Positions 29,590 to 40,269 are shown, counted from the stretch's first letter. The stretch is 64,000 nucleotides of DNA from an uncultured Nitrospirales bacterium (GCA_964537975.1 CAZIDP010000021.1:4264-68263); one strand, 5' to 3'. Numbers and translations: made by a program. The notes: a model not told the origin generated them from the sequence alone.

Positions 29590-30260
29590 ATTGAACAGTT
29601 TGTCAACTGTTCTGTTTTAATATTGTACTTTTCAACCAGACGCAAGCCCTGTGCTATTTGATCTTTTGGTGCTTGCCAATTAACGTTAAAAACCTGATCC
29701 GCGGGTCGTATAAATTTCTCTGGTGCACGATGACACTCCAGGCACCAGCTCATGGACATGTGCTGGGCTTTATGCGTCAGGGGCATCTCATCTATCTGGC
29801 CATGGCAAACGGTGCAACCGACACCTTTGGCAATATGTATACTGTGATCAAAATAAACGAAATCTGGAAGATCATAAACTCTAGTCCACTCCAGGGGTTT
29901 ATTATTATTCCAGCTGTCATGAAGTGGTTGTAAAAGGGTGGCATCAACTAAGACTTGTGAATGACAAGTCATACATGTTTCTGATGTGGGGATGCCTGCA
30001 AAATTACTTTTCTCAACACTTGAATGACAAAAACGGCAGTCCATAGCATTACCTCCGACATGGCGTTCATGGCTGAAGGGAATGGGCTGCTCTTTGTTAA
30101 TACCAACTTGTGTTACTACCGGCGATCGATAAATTATGGCTGCAATTGCCACAGCGCTACCCAATACTACAGTGAGAATTGCGACGCCGGACCGCACCAG
30201 AAAATTTGTGCCGGGACCAAATACTTGTGCCACAGGTACAGGTTCCTTATTACTTACCAA
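29577..30260 (-). CDS. actA: Alternative complex III subunit ActA (penta-heme cytochrome c)
   Basis: Five CxxCH sites: CRFCH, CMTCH, CTVCH, CLECH, CSICH. N-terminal TM anchor. Confidence 0.9.
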   Translation of the reverse strand: MVSNKEPVPVAQVFGPGTNFLVRSGVAILTVVLGSAVAIAAIIYRSPVVTQVGINKEQPIPFSHERHVGGNAMDCRFCHSSVEKSNFAGIPTSETCMTCHSQVLVDATLLQPLHDSWNNNKPLEWTRVYDLPDFVYFDHSIHIAKGVGCTVCHGQIDEMPLTHKAQHMSMSWCLECHRAPEKFIRPADQVFNVNWQAPKDQIAQGLRLVEKYNIKTEQLTNCSICHR

Positions 30261-31163
30261 ATTTCAATACTGACCATACCAAATGCCAAGAACCACCAGA
30301 ATGATGAACTTTATTCCACAAACTGATGATTGTATAAAGAAAAATTGATCCGGTAGCAGTTTTTATTCGGTTATCGATGGGTAGGGTAGATGTAAACTAC
30401 ACATCAATCTGCAACAGAATCAACAGTATCTAATTGAAATACCCTGTGGTCTTTCATGTAATACAAAGCTATTGAAACCACCACAACAAATATTTGAAAT
30501 TGTTTGGAATTTTATTCCTAATGCCAAGTTTGGACAGAAAAAGAAACCAGGCAGTAAATAAAACCATCTCACCTATGGAGCATTTACGCGTCTGACACGT
30601 AAAATGCCCAACCTCCTCAAAAGATGTTTTCAATTATGCATAGACAAGAAAGCTTAGTCAAGTTACTCATGATTGTAGGGTATTGAAATTTGTTATAAAC
30701 ACCATTTTTATCACCACAACACAAAATTTTTATGAGAAATTGGTGAGATACTATTGATGAATTGTATAAATAAACTGAAGATTAAACACCCATAAATAAA
30801 TAATCTTTACAAGATATAGCGTAATTATATAAGCCGACTTTTTCTAAGCATTATGTTGTTCATCTCAGGGTAATCAAGTGTGAATAAAGTTAAAAACTTT
30901 GTAAATTTGACTCAAATTGTCTTGCTTTGGGACGATCTGGCCATAATTAAACAAGTTTTGAGACGAAAAGGGAATATTTTGATTTTTCCCGGTGTCCCTT
31001 TCAGCGTATTACATGATAGCTGCGTCATCTACGCAGCTGGTAATAACGAACCTATTCATTTGGTGGCGGTTATGATTTCAGAAACAGCGGGACTCACTCG
31101 ACAGGTGTGTCTGGGTATGTATTGGAATCCAGTTACCAAATTGTTTTTAAAGGAGTAATGATC

Positions 31164-31487
31164 ATGCAAAATTCCCGCTTGCTTGAGTCAGTCGCGAAGC
31201 ATGAAAAGAAGCTGATGGCACAATTGGAGAGCACCCGTGAGGAAGCTCGTACTATTGTTAATGAAGCACAGGATGCAGCATCAATCTTGCTCCAGGAGGC
31301 TCAGCAGAAGCTAGACGCTGAATTGAATACCATGCGTCGTGAAGCACTTGATGCGCGTGAGCACACGACGAATACGATAGAAGATGCTGGACAAGAAGCT
31401 GTAGATGCGATTCGTCAGGAGTCAGCAAAAAAAATGGAAGCAGTCAAGCAGCAGATATTACTGCGGCTACTGCCCGCTTTGGATTAA
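31164..31487 (+). CDS. A/V-type ATPase small peripheral-stalk subunit (G/H-like), first gene of the operon
   Basis: Coiled-coil protein of about 108 aa, MQNSRLLESVAKHEKKLMAQLESTREEAR.... AGGAG lies 8 nt before the ATG at 31164. The track ORF starts at 31107 and includes a leader. Confidence 0.55.
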   Translation: MQNSRLLESVAKHEKKLMAQLESTREEARTIVNEAQDAASILLQEAQQKLDAELNTMRREALDAREHTTNTIEDAGQEAVDAIRQESAKKMEAVKQQILLRLLPALD

Positions 31488-31505
31488 GAAAGGGTTGATC
31501 AATCC

Positions 31506-33437
31506 ATGATTGCCAAAATGGAACGCGTGGAGATAGTGTTTCTTCGGTCTGAATTAAGCAGAGTAGTACCATTCCTGCAAGATATGGGTGTGATGCATCT
31601 GGAGGATGTACCGCTGGCACTTGATCAAGCGCCGGGTTACCTGCATCGGGTACATTTACCTGAACAGGAAAAAGAAGAACTGGATAAAATCGGCGAGCTA
31701 GATGGGTTTATCAAAGAGACCATCCCACTACTTGGCAAAAAGCCTGAAACAGATGACATTGCTTCTGCCGGAGCAGAATTGATTCATGAATCTTTCGAGC
31801 AATGGGACCGTAATGTTCGTTCCTGGAACCGGAACCTGCGGTCTATACATCGCCGTCGGTTAAATATTCAAGACAATATTGAAGTAGTTACCAATTATCG
31901 CGCAACTCTCAAAGCCATTGCGCCCATGCTGGCAGAGCGAAAGGCAGTACTTGGCGAAACTGCCCGAGCAGTTATTCTGGAAGGGTATAAATCAGAAGAC
32001 ATTGACCTGCTTGAAAAACGTATTTTAACGGATGTCGGGCAAGAATGTGATGTCATATATCAACCGCTGAATCGCAATACTTTGGTTGCTGTTATCATGC
32101 ACCCTTCCGACAAACTTGATGCTGTCAGCGAATTGTTGCAACGTGAAGGTGTAGTCAGTGTAGATTCTCCGGACAAAGATGTACGGGGAAACGGTATTAC
32201 AGAAGTGTTGGATAAAATCGAGGAGAAGCTCAAAGCCTTGCGAAATGATTTGCAAGAGATGAATGAGCAACTTAATGAATATTCTGTACACCATGGTGCA
32301 GCAATTATGGCCATAGAAAAGTTGTTTGACAACCGCTTGTCCCAGTTGCAAGTTATAGAACATTTTGCCCAAAGTGAGCTTGTATGTGTTGTCCATGGCT
32401 GGGTACCATCTGATGAGTACAACAAGTTGTGTACATCACTTCGTCGTGAATTTGGCAATAAAGTTGCTGCAGACACGATGTCAATTGAAAGTGTAGATGT
32501 ACACCGTGTTCCTATTCAACTGCGTAATGGTCCGTTGTGGAAGCCATTCCAATTGATTCTGGGGCTTTTTGATCCACCCAAATATGGTTCATTTGACCCA
32601 ACCTGGATTGTTGCCATATCGTTTATTATGTTTTATGGTTTCATCCTTGGTGATGCCGGATATGGACTCGTCATCATTGGTATTGCTGCCTGGGTAAAGA
32701 AGAAGTGGGGCAAAAATGAAATGCTTCATGATGCGATGACTATTGCGCAATGGATGGGTGCTTCTTCCATTGTGTGGGGTATTATTTATCTTGAAGTCTT
32801 TGGTGACTTGATATACAAAACCACCGGGTTGTACCCGCTTTTCCACCGGGCCGATTATCCAATGGTACTGCTGGCCATAGCGATATTATATGGTTTAATT
32901 CACATCCCGTTGAGTCTGGTTATTGGCATTGTTGAAGGATATCGCCATGGCCACAGAAAACATGCGGAAGAAAAACTTGGCATGTTGATAGGATTGACAG
33001 CCTTGGGTGTCGCTGTTCTGAGCATTGTCGGTATGATGCCACTGGGTAGTGGGCTGGGCTATTTTGCTGCTGCCTTGTTGTTTGCTACCTCACTTTACTA
33101 CCTGGTGCGTTCCATGGGTTCAATGTTTGCTATGGGGGTGATGGAGATTATGGGGCTGACCTCCAATGTGCTTTCCTATGCCCGTCTCATGGCACTTGGT
33201 CTGGCATCTGTGGTATTGGCGGACCTGGCGAACGAATTGATTTATGGTACTTCTGGTATCTGGCTGTTGCTTATCGGGATTCCCGGTGCCGGATTGGTAC
33301 ATATGCTGAATATTTGTATTGGCGTTTTTAGCCCGACGATTCACTCGTTGCGCTTGAATTATGTTGAATTTCTACCTAAGTTTTATGAGCCGGAAGGGCG
33401 AAACTACACTCCATTTAGAAAGGAAATAGTATGGTAA
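31506..33437 (+). CDS. A/V-type ATPase subunit I (a-subunit, 116 kDa family)
   Basis: An N-terminal cytoplasmic domain of about 350 aa, then about 7 TM helices. Typical MERVEIV start. Confidence 0.85.
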   Translation: MIAKMERVEIVFLRSELSRVVPFLQDMGVMHLEDVPLALDQAPGYLHRVHLPEQEKEELDKIGELDGFIKETIPLLGKKPETDDIASAGAELIHESFEQWDRNVRSWNRNLRSIHRRRLNIQDNIEVVTNYRATLKAIAPMLAERKAVLGETARAVILEGYKSEDIDLLEKRILTDVGQECDVIYQPLNRNTLVAVIMHPSDKLDAVSELLQREGVVSVDSPDKDVRGNGITEVLDKIEEKLKALRNDLQEMNEQLNEYSVHHGAAIMAIEKLFDNRLSQLQVIEHFAQSELVCVVHGWVPSDEYNKLCTSLRREFGNKVAADTMSIESVDVHRVPIQLRNGPLWKPFQLILGLFDPPKYGSFDPTWIVAISFIMFYGFILGDAGYGLVIIGIAAWVKKKWGKNEMLHDAMTIAQWMGASSIVWGIIYLEVFGDLIYKTTGLYPLFHRADYPMVLLAIAILYGLIHIPLSLVIGIVEGYRHGHRKHAEEKLGMLIGLTALGVAVLSIVGMMPLGSGLGYFAAALLFATSLYYLVRSMGSMFAMGVMEIMGLTSNVLSYARLMALGLASVVLADLANELIYGTSGIWLLLIGIPGAGLVHMLNICIGVFSPTIHSLRLNYVEFLPKFYEPEGRNYTPFRKEIVW

Positions 33438-33811
33438 AGGGACTGCTGATTTCGAAGAGACTGTTAATATGCACAGGGATTGGATTATTGATAGCAATGG
33501 TGCTGGCTCCGGTTGGGCTTGCCCAGGACATTGAATTTGGAGAGGAAGCAATCATCACTGAAGAAGAAGCTGTACCAGTGTCAATTGGAGAGGCAATACG
33601 TGTATTGGGATTGGCTTTGGGTGCAGCAGGTGCGATTGGACTGAGTGCTTTGGCAACTGCTCGTTCGCAAGCCGCTATTGGTGCGGGTGGTACCGGCGCC
33701 ATGGCAGAAAAGCCGGAATTGTTCAGCCGTGTGTTTATTCTGGTCGCATTGCCTGAAACAATGGTGGTTTTGGGCTTTGTGTTGGGTATAGTTATAGCCC
33801 TTAATATATAA
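33431..33811 (+). CDS. A/V-type ATPase proteolipid subunit K (c-ring)
   Basis: Gly/Ala-rich helices GLALGAAGAIGLSALATARSQAAIGAGGTGA. Conserved carboxylate in VALPETMVVLG. Confidence 0.75.
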   Translation: MVKGLLISKRLLICTGIGLLIAMVLAPVGLAQDIEFGEEAIITEEEAVPVSIGEAIRVLGLALGAAGAIGLSALATARSQAAIGAGGTGAMAEKPELFSRVFILVALPETMVVLGFVLGIVIALNI

Positions 33812-33913
33812 ATACAATAATGGAATGAATGAATAACTGGTTGCGCCAAGCCCATCTATCGGACAACCCGTAACCATGATGGAAGCGCGCAATTTCAATT
33901 ATAAAAGGAAGTA

Positions 33914-34570
33914 TTGTATATGGACTCAGCTCCTCTCCTGGAAACTATGACACAGGAAATCTCTCGTCAGCAGAAAGGCTTACTGGCGGAGGCGCGTGCG
34001 CGTGCTGAATTAATTCTGGCGGAAGCCGAAGTGTCTGCCAAACAGCGAAGAGAAGAGACCATTGCAAGTTTAAAGGAAGAGCTTGATGCTTTGGCAGAAA
34101 CACATCGTGAACGTGCTGAAGCCAATGCAAAGTCTGCCATGATGAGCATCAAAGATACCATTACAGATGATATTCTGAAAGATGTCCGTGCAGAACTGAT
34201 ACGAATTGCAGAAGATGACACTCGGTTCCAGCCGATATTGATCAAATTACTTGATGAATTGTTAATATCTAAAGTTGGTACAAATTGGCGCAACGAGGGG
34301 CGTCTGGAACTGAAAGTTAAAGTGCCAGGCGCTCACGTTGATGCTATTAATAGATGGTTGCGCGATCAAGGTGTTTCCGATGTTCAGGTTGAAACATTAC
34401 ATAAATTGATCGATGGTGTTGCGTTACAAGACGCAGAGCAATCATTTCGTATAAGTAATACACTGCATGATCGTTTGGAAAAACAAGAAAAGAAATTACG
34501 TGGTTTCGCAATGAAACAACTTTTTGGTGAATTGTCCGGTGACATTGAGACTGGAGACACGACATCATGA
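33914..34570 (+). CDS. A/V-type ATPase subunit E
   Basis: Long N-terminal helix (QQKGLLAEARARAELILAEAEVSAKQRREE) and a globular C-terminus. Position in the operon supports the call. Confidence 0.75.
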   Translation: MYMDSAPLLETMTQEISRQQKGLLAEARARAELILAEAEVSAKQRREETIASLKEELDALAETHRERAEANAKSAMMSIKDTITDDILKDVRAELIRIAEDDTRFQPILIKLLDELLISKVGTNWRNEGRLELKVKVPGAHVDAINRWLRDQGVSDVQVETLHKLIDGVALQDAEQSFRISNTLHDRLEKQEKKLRGFAMKQLFGELSGDIETGDTTS

Positions 34571-35631
34571 CTCAGACAATCAACCCGGATGTAGTGCATT
34601 TTAATGCTCGCCTGCGTGCAGTGAAAAGTGATTTCTTTACTCGGCATGATATTGAAGAAATGTTAAACAAGGGTGATGTCGCCAATATGGCAGAAGCACT
34701 CCTGGACTCAAATTATCGTAAAGAAATGGCGGAAGCACTCACGCGGTATAATGGTGCTGATGCAATAGAGGAAGCATTGACAAGGAACCTGGCAAAAACG
34801 TACCAAATGTTGATTCATCGTGCCGTTGGTGATTTTAAAATCCTGGTTGAATTGTTTTTGACTCGTTGGGATTTGGCAGCGGTCAAATCGTTGATTCGAT
34901 GTGTACACCACAGTTTTGAACCAGAAGATGCTGTTTCGTCTCTTGTTCCAGGTCCTGAGTTAACGGTGCCCTTGTTGCAAGAGTTTGCTGCTGCCGAAAA
35001 TGTTGAAATCTTGATTCGACAACTGGTGGCGTGGAGACCGGACTTGTGCAGTGGTCTTCTTGCTGCCTATCCCGCATACGAAAAGAGTAATGATCCAGCA
35101 CCTCTGGAAGAGGTATTGGACCGAGATTATTTTGTAGGCAATGTGCGTGTTTTGTCAGACATGCAGGACCCTGACGCAATACGACTGAAGGAATACCTTC
35201 AATCTGAAATTGATCGCATCAACCTTCGGGTCGTATTTCAATATGTCGAACGATTGCTGCAATCTGTCAATCTCTCGGAACGTTTATTTCCAGAAGGAAC
35301 ACTCAAAGTAGAGTTTCTTATGCGAATGGCAGAACGTGATTCCGTGGAGGGTGCCATGGAGATGCTTGGCAAAACGTCTTATCGTGATCTGGTCGATGAA
35401 CTGTACGAATTGGTGCAGACCCATCGTTTTGCACCAGTTGAACGCTTTATCGAACGCATCATGATACGTCAAATCAGGCGTGAAGCACGCTCCAACGCGT
35501 TTGGTATTGCTGTCATGATGGATTATGTGTGGTTGAAATACAATGAAGTCGTTAACCTGCGGCTTGTTGCGCGTGGATTGACAGGACACATACCGCCGGG
35601 ACGCGTTCGCAGTGAGTTGTATTTCATCTGA
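34567..35631 (+). CDS. A/V-type ATPase subunit C (d-subunit)
   Basis: 354 aa, all-helical. The position between E and F matches the bacterial V-type gene order. Confidence 0.75.
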   Translation: MTQTINPDVVHFNARLRAVKSDFFTRHDIEEMLNKGDVANMAEALLDSNYRKEMAEALTRYNGADAIEEALTRNLAKTYQMLIHRAVGDFKILVELFLTRWDLAAVKSLIRCVHHSFEPEDAVSSLVPGPELTVPLLQEFAAAENVEILIRQLVAWRPDLCSGLLAAYPAYEKSNDPAPLEEVLDRDYFVGNVRVLSDMQDPDAIRLKEYLQSEIDRINLRVVFQYVERLLQSVNLSERLFPEGTLKVEFLMRMAERDSVEGAMEMLGKTSYRDLVDELYELVQTHRFAPVERFIERIMIRQIRREARSNAFGIAVMMDYVWLKYNEVVNLRLVARGLTGHIPPGRVRSELYFI

Positions 35632-35742
35632 CATAAAGATAATGCCTGTGACTTACCAGGCGATATTTGTTTTCAATGAAATAATGTGTTGGCTACGTAC
35701 TGTAACCGAATATCTATTTCTAAATAAGGAAATATTGAAAAA

Positions 35743-36066
35743 ATGGCGTCAAGAGTATTAGCACTGGCTTTCGGTCAGACTGCGTTAGAACTGGCCCTGG
35801 CAGGCATTACAGTGGAAGACATTGATGACATTATTGAAGTGGAAAAACGACTTGATTCCTTATTGAACAGCGATGCTGAGGTTGTCATTCTTGATGAGAA
35901 TTTCAGGTCAAAGTTCAGTGATGTCATGGCTGCTAAACTAACACGGCATTCTGGACTGCCATTAATCATATATTGCCCCAGTTTTATTGAAGAAAATTCC
36001 GGAACCGATGCCTATATAAATGCAATCGTAAAACCGGCGGTAGGTTTTGAAATCAGACTGGATTAA
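35743..36066 (+). CDS. A/V-type ATPase subunit F
   Basis: 107 aa. Pattern MASRVLALAFGQTALELALAGI...VVILDENF...PLIIYCP. Confidence 0.7.
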   Translation: MASRVLALAFGQTALELALAGITVEDIDDIIEVEKRLDSLLNSDAEVVILDENFRSKFSDVMAAKLTRHSGLPLIIYCPSFIEENSGTDAYINAIVKPAVGFEIRLD

Positions 36067-36290
36067 GTTTTACGTTCAAATGATTTACCCAATTGCATTA
36101 ATTTATATCAGCATAACAGGGTGAAGCATTTTTATTTGTTATACACAAACATTAAAAATTGTATAGTTCCCGGGCGCAGGTACAAGCTCACATCGGTAAG
36201 ATGTCAAGAGACATAGAGAGTCCAGTTAGTGTTTACTTACAGGATTCCATCCCGACGCAATTCCGTTGCCCGGATAACAGGAGGAAGACA

Positions 36291-38090
36291 ATGGCGGTAG
36301 CGGAACAACAGGTTGGACAGGATCAGGTTATCGGATCGCTTGTCCGTATTTCCGGCCCTATGATCGAGGCAAAAGGGATGTATGGTGTCACGATGGGTGA
36401 GATCGTGCGTGTAGGCAAGCTGCAGTTAATGGGCGAAGTTATCCGTATAGAAGGTGACAAGATTTATGCCCAGGTTTTTGAAAGCACCGATGGTATGTTC
36501 CTTGGAGAAGAAGTTGTAGCCACTGGAGAGCCATTAACTGTGGAACTGGGGCCGGGACTTCTGGGTACTACGTACGATGGTATTCAGCGCCCGCTAATCA
36601 CGTTACAGCAAACTTCTGGTGATTTTATTGGGCGTGGAATGACCGCTGTTGCACTGGACCGCGAAAAGAAATGGCACTTTGTCCCGGTTGTCAGCGTTGG
36701 GCAAGAGGTCATTGGTGGTGACATATTGGGCACCGTGCAGGAAACCCAGTTTATTCAGCATCGCGTACTGGTACCACCAAGGGTTAAAGGTAAAATTGCT
36801 TCGGTTGTGACAGAAGGTGAATACACCGTAACTGATATCGTGGCTACGCTTGAAGATGGAACTGAATTGCAGATGATGCACAAGTTTCCGGTTAAGTTTC
36901 CACGACCATTCGCCCGCAAGCTGCCGCCTGATGAGCCATTCCTTACAGGCCAACGGGTACTGGACATGCTTTTTCCCATCGCCAAGGGCGGTTCAGCAAT
37001 TGTTCCAGGAGGATTCGGTGCAGGTAAAACCGTGGTGGAGCACAGCATTTCAAAGTATTGTAACGCGCAGGTGATTGTGTATGTGGGGTGTGGTGAGCGC
37101 GGCAATGAAATGGCCGAAGTTTTGACTGAATTTCCGGAGCTTGAAGACCCCAACACCGGCGATACCCTGATGAACCGTACCATATTGGTTGTTAACACCT
37201 CGAACATGCCTGTGGCTGCACGGGACGCTTCCGTGTATACCGGGATGGCCATCGCGGAGTATTACCGTGATCAAGGCATGGACGTAGCACTGATGGCCGA
37301 TTCAACATCACGCTGGGCAGAGGCGCTACGTGAAATCTCGTCCCGTCTGGAAGAAATGCCCGGGGAAGAAGGGTATCCGACCTATCTCTCCGAACGCATC
37401 GCTACATTTTATGAACGCTGTGGCCAAGTCGAATGTGTGGGTACTGTGCCTGAAGGTGAAAAGCCACGTCTTGGTTCACTCACTGCCGTAGGTGCGGTTT
37501 CACCCCCTGGTGGTGATTATTCGGAACCGGTAACACAAACTTCAATGCGGGTGTCCGGTGCATTATGGGCACTTGATTCAACCCTGGCCTATCGCCGGCA
37601 TTATCCATCTGTAAACTGGAACCGAAGTTACTCACTGTATTTTGATGGTTTGAAAGGCTGGTTTGAACAAAATGCGCCAACAGGTTGGATTCAGAGGCGC
37701 CAAGATGCCATGACCCTGCTGCAGCGCGATGCGGAATTACAAGAAGTGGTTCAGCTTGTGGGGCCTGATGCACTGCAAGACAATGAACGGTTAATTCTGG
37801 AGTGTTCTCGCCTGGTACGTGAAGTGTTTTTGCAACAGAATGCCTTTTCAAAAAATGATGCTTCGTGTACCATGGCCAAGATGATTGGCATACTGGATGT
37901 ACTGATGACTTTCTACGATGAATGTTCGGCCGTGTTGAAACGGGAAATACCATTGAGTCGCATTCTTGCACTCCCCATACGCGAAGATATCGCACGTCTG
38001 CGGGATGAACCGAATGAAGGGTTCACGCCTAAAAAAGACGCGATGCAAGAAAAAATACGACAAACTCTAAGCACGCTGGAAGCGGCATAA
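36291..38090 (+). CDS. A/V-type ATPase catalytic subunit A
   Basis: P-loop GGFGAGKT. N-terminus LVRISGPMIEAKGM. AGGAGG RBS lies 6 nt before the ATG at 36291; the track ORF starts at 36159. Normal length, no intein. Confidence 0.95.
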   Translation: MAVAEQQVGQDQVIGSLVRISGPMIEAKGMYGVTMGEIVRVGKLQLMGEVIRIEGDKIYAQVFESTDGMFLGEEVVATGEPLTVELGPGLLGTTYDGIQRPLITLQQTSGDFIGRGMTAVALDREKKWHFVPVVSVGQEVIGGDILGTVQETQFIQHRVLVPPRVKGKIASVVTEGEYTVTDIVATLEDGTELQMMHKFPVKFPRPFARKLPPDEPFLTGQRVLDMLFPIAKGGSAIVPGGFGAGKTVVEHSISKYCNAQVIVYVGCGERGNEMAEVLTEFPELEDPNTGDTLMNRTILVVNTSNMPVAARDASVYTGMAIAEYYRDQGMDVALMADSTSRWAEALREISSRLEEMPGEEGYPTYLSERIATFYERCGQVECVGTVPEGEKPRLGSLTAVGAVSPPGGDYSEPVTQTSMRVSGALWALDSTLAYRRHYPSVNWNRSYSLYFDGLKGWFEQNAPTGWIQRRQDAMTLLQRDAELQEVVQLVGPDALQDNERLILECSRLVREVFLQQNAFSKNDASCTMAKMIGILDVLMTFYDECSAVLKREIPLSRILALPIREDIARLRDEPNEGFTPKKDAMQEKIRQTLSTLEAA

Positions 38091-38112
38091 CCGATAGGAA
38101 AAGCGCATCATC

Positions 38113-39546
38113 ATGGCTGAAACACAAACCAATGAAATGCTCCATGAAGAATATTGGGACCTGACCTATATTTCAGGCCCACTGGTTTTTTTGAAAAACG
38201 GTGATCGTTTCCCTACAGGTGCCATTCTAGATGTGCATCTGAAAAATGGTGAAAAGCGGCAAGGGCAAATACTGGAATCAACCAGTGATCATGCAGTATT
38301 GCAACTCCTGCAAGGCACCGTTGGTGTTGATGTACAGGGCACATCGGTATCCTTGCGTGCGGATGCCGCGCGTATCGCCTGTTCGGAAGACATCATCGGA
38401 AGAAGGTTCAACGGCACCGGTGTCCCTATTGATGGACTGCCACCGATAGTTCCCGACGTGGAACTGGAAATAAATGGCTCAGCGATAAATCCGGTTTCCC
38501 GGGACAAACCTAACGACTTTATTGAAACTGGTGTATCCGCGATTGATGGCTTCAATACCTTGGTGCGTGGCCAGAAACTACCCATCTTTCTGGGATCAGG
38601 GCTTCCAGGAAATGAATTGGCAAATCTCATTGTGCAGAACGCAGGTACCAAAAGTGACGACACGCCTTTTGTGGTTGTCTTTGGCGCGATGGGTATCACT
38701 GCGCGGGAAGCGCAATACTTTTTGCGTTCGTTCGACGAAGGTGGCAAAGGTTCTCGAGTGGTAGCCTTTTTGAATCAGGCAGATGACCCGGCTATTGAAC
38801 GTTTGTTCGCTCCGCGCTGCGCTTTGACAGTCGCTGAATATCTGGCATTTGAGAAAGGCTATCAGGTTCTTGTCATTCTCACAGACATGACGAACTACTG
38901 TGAAGCACTGCGTCAGATTTCCTCGGCGCGAGAAGAAATCCCGGGTCGTCGCGGATATCCTGGCTATATGTACACCGACTTGTCCAACATATATGAACGC
39001 GCTGGTCGTATCCGGGGTAAAGAAGGTTCTGTGACACAGATTCCGATGCTAACCATGCCCGATGACGATATAACGCACCCCATTCCTGACCTGACAGGAT
39101 ATATTACCGAAGGACAGATTGTGTTAAGTCGTCCATTACACCGGCAGGGTATCTTTCCCCCGGTAGACTTGCTGCCCTGCCTGTCCCGTTTGATGAACAA
39201 TGGTATCGGTGAAGGAGCTACCCGTTCTGATCACCGGGAGTGGGCTAACCAGCTATACGCTGCGTATGCGCAGGGTCAGAGCATTAAGAAACTCATGGCA
39301 ATTGTGGGTGAGGATGCGTTGACAGAACTTGACAGAAAGTACTTGAACTTCTCAAATGAATTTGAGCGGGAGATGCTTGGTCAAAGTTTTACCAGGCGCA
39401 CCATAGATGAAACACTGGACATGGGATGGAAGATGTTGGGCTTGTTACCACGTGAAGAATTGACCCGTATCAATAAGGACACCATTGATCGTTACTATTG
39501 CGATATCATGGAAGATGGTACACATTCTCCATACATGGGCAATTAG
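38113..39546 (+). CDS. A/V-type ATPase subunit B
   Basis: 477 aa. The conserved block ...SREEIPGRRGYPGYMYTDLS... of non-catalytic B subunits is present. Confidence 0.95.
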   Translation: MAETQTNEMLHEEYWDLTYISGPLVFLKNGDRFPTGAILDVHLKNGEKRQGQILESTSDHAVLQLLQGTVGVDVQGTSVSLRADAARIACSEDIIGRRFNGTGVPIDGLPPIVPDVELEINGSAINPVSRDKPNDFIETGVSAIDGFNTLVRGQKLPIFLGSGLPGNELANLIVQNAGTKSDDTPFVVVFGAMGITAREAQYFLRSFDEGGKGSRVVAFLNQADDPAIERLFAPRCALTVAEYLAFEKGYQVLVILTDMTNYCEALRQISSAREEIPGRRGYPGYMYTDLSNIYERAGRIRGKEGSVTQIPMLTMPDDDITHPIPDLTGYITEGQIVLSRPLHRQGIFPPVDLLPCLSRLMNNGIGEGATRSDHREWANQLYAAYAQGQSIKKLMAIVGEDALTELDRKYLNFSNEFEREMLGQSFTRRTIDETLDMGWKMLGLLPREELTRINKDTIDRYYCDIMEDGTHSPYMGN

Positions 39547-39586
39547 ACTGTACTTGCTCGTATCAATTTAAATATAAGGTAAGCCA

Positions 39587-40255
39587 ATGGATAACGTAGC
39601 ACCTACACGTATGAATATGTTGGCCCGCAAGTCTCAGATTAAGCTGGCATCGGATGGTGTGAATCTGCTGAAGGGCAAGCGGGACGCGTTGTTGCAGGAA
39701 TTATTGAAACGCGCACGTGAATTGTCTAAAATGCGTGATGAGCTTCATAAAAGAGGTAGAAACGCGCGTGTTTCTCTTGCCATGGCACGTGCCGTGCGTG
39801 GCACCCCGGAATTGAAATCGGCGGCGGTTGCCGGTCATCGTGAATTGCGAATTCACGTAACCACTGAAAAAGTCTGGGGTCTGAGTCTTGGCGACATTGA
39901 GTTACAAGACATCATTCGCCCACCAGCAAAGCGAGGCATGGGTATGTTTGATACCTCATCCCATGTATTGGAAGCCGAAGAGTCATCCGAGCAAATGCTG
40001 GAACAATTACTACGGTGCGCCCCACTGGAACGTAACCTGCAAATCATAGGTGAAGAAGTAAAAAAAGTTAGTCGGCGCATAAATGCCCTGGAAGAATACT
40101 TGATCCCAAAACTTCGCTATGAAATGCGCAGTATAGCGCGGGTGCTTGATGAACGTGAGCGTGAAGATACCTTTCGGCTGAAGCGAATTAAAGCGAAAAA
40201 GTCTGCTGAGCGAAAGAAAAAACAAGCGTCAATCAACGCTGAAGAAACGTATTAA
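39587..40255 (+). CDS. A/V-type ATPase subunit D (central stalk)
   Basis: 222 aa coiled-coil protein with a Lys/Arg-rich C-terminus. Last structural gene of the operon. Confidence 0.85.
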   Translation: MDNVAPTRMNMLARKSQIKLASDGVNLLKGKRDALLQELLKRARELSKMRDELHKRGRNARVSLAMARAVRGTPELKSAAVAGHRELRIHVTTEKVWGLSLGDIELQDIIRPPAKRGMGMFDTSSHVLEAEESSEQMLEQLLRCAPLERNLQIIGEEVKKVSRRINALEEYLIPKLRYEMRSIARVLDEREREDTFRLKRIKAKKSAERKKKQASINAEETY

Positions 40256-40269
40256 GGAGTAATGCTGCC

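Noticed and set aside
22498-30260. Mobile-element or transposase genes within the respiratory cluster
   Set aside because: None found. All ORFs have respiratory-complex assignments and uniform composition.
36159-36290. 5' extensions of several track ORFs (V-ATPase A at 36159, groEL at 54673, actE at 24508, DUF1559 at 50127, and the 51436 gene at 52761)
   Set aside because: Internal ATG codons preceded by strong Shine-Dalgarno sequences and matching conserved N-termini are more plausible. The extensions reflect longest-ORF calling.
36291-38090. Possible intein in the V-ATPase A subunit
   Set aside because: The length of about 600 aa and the contiguous conserved blocks leave no room for an intein.
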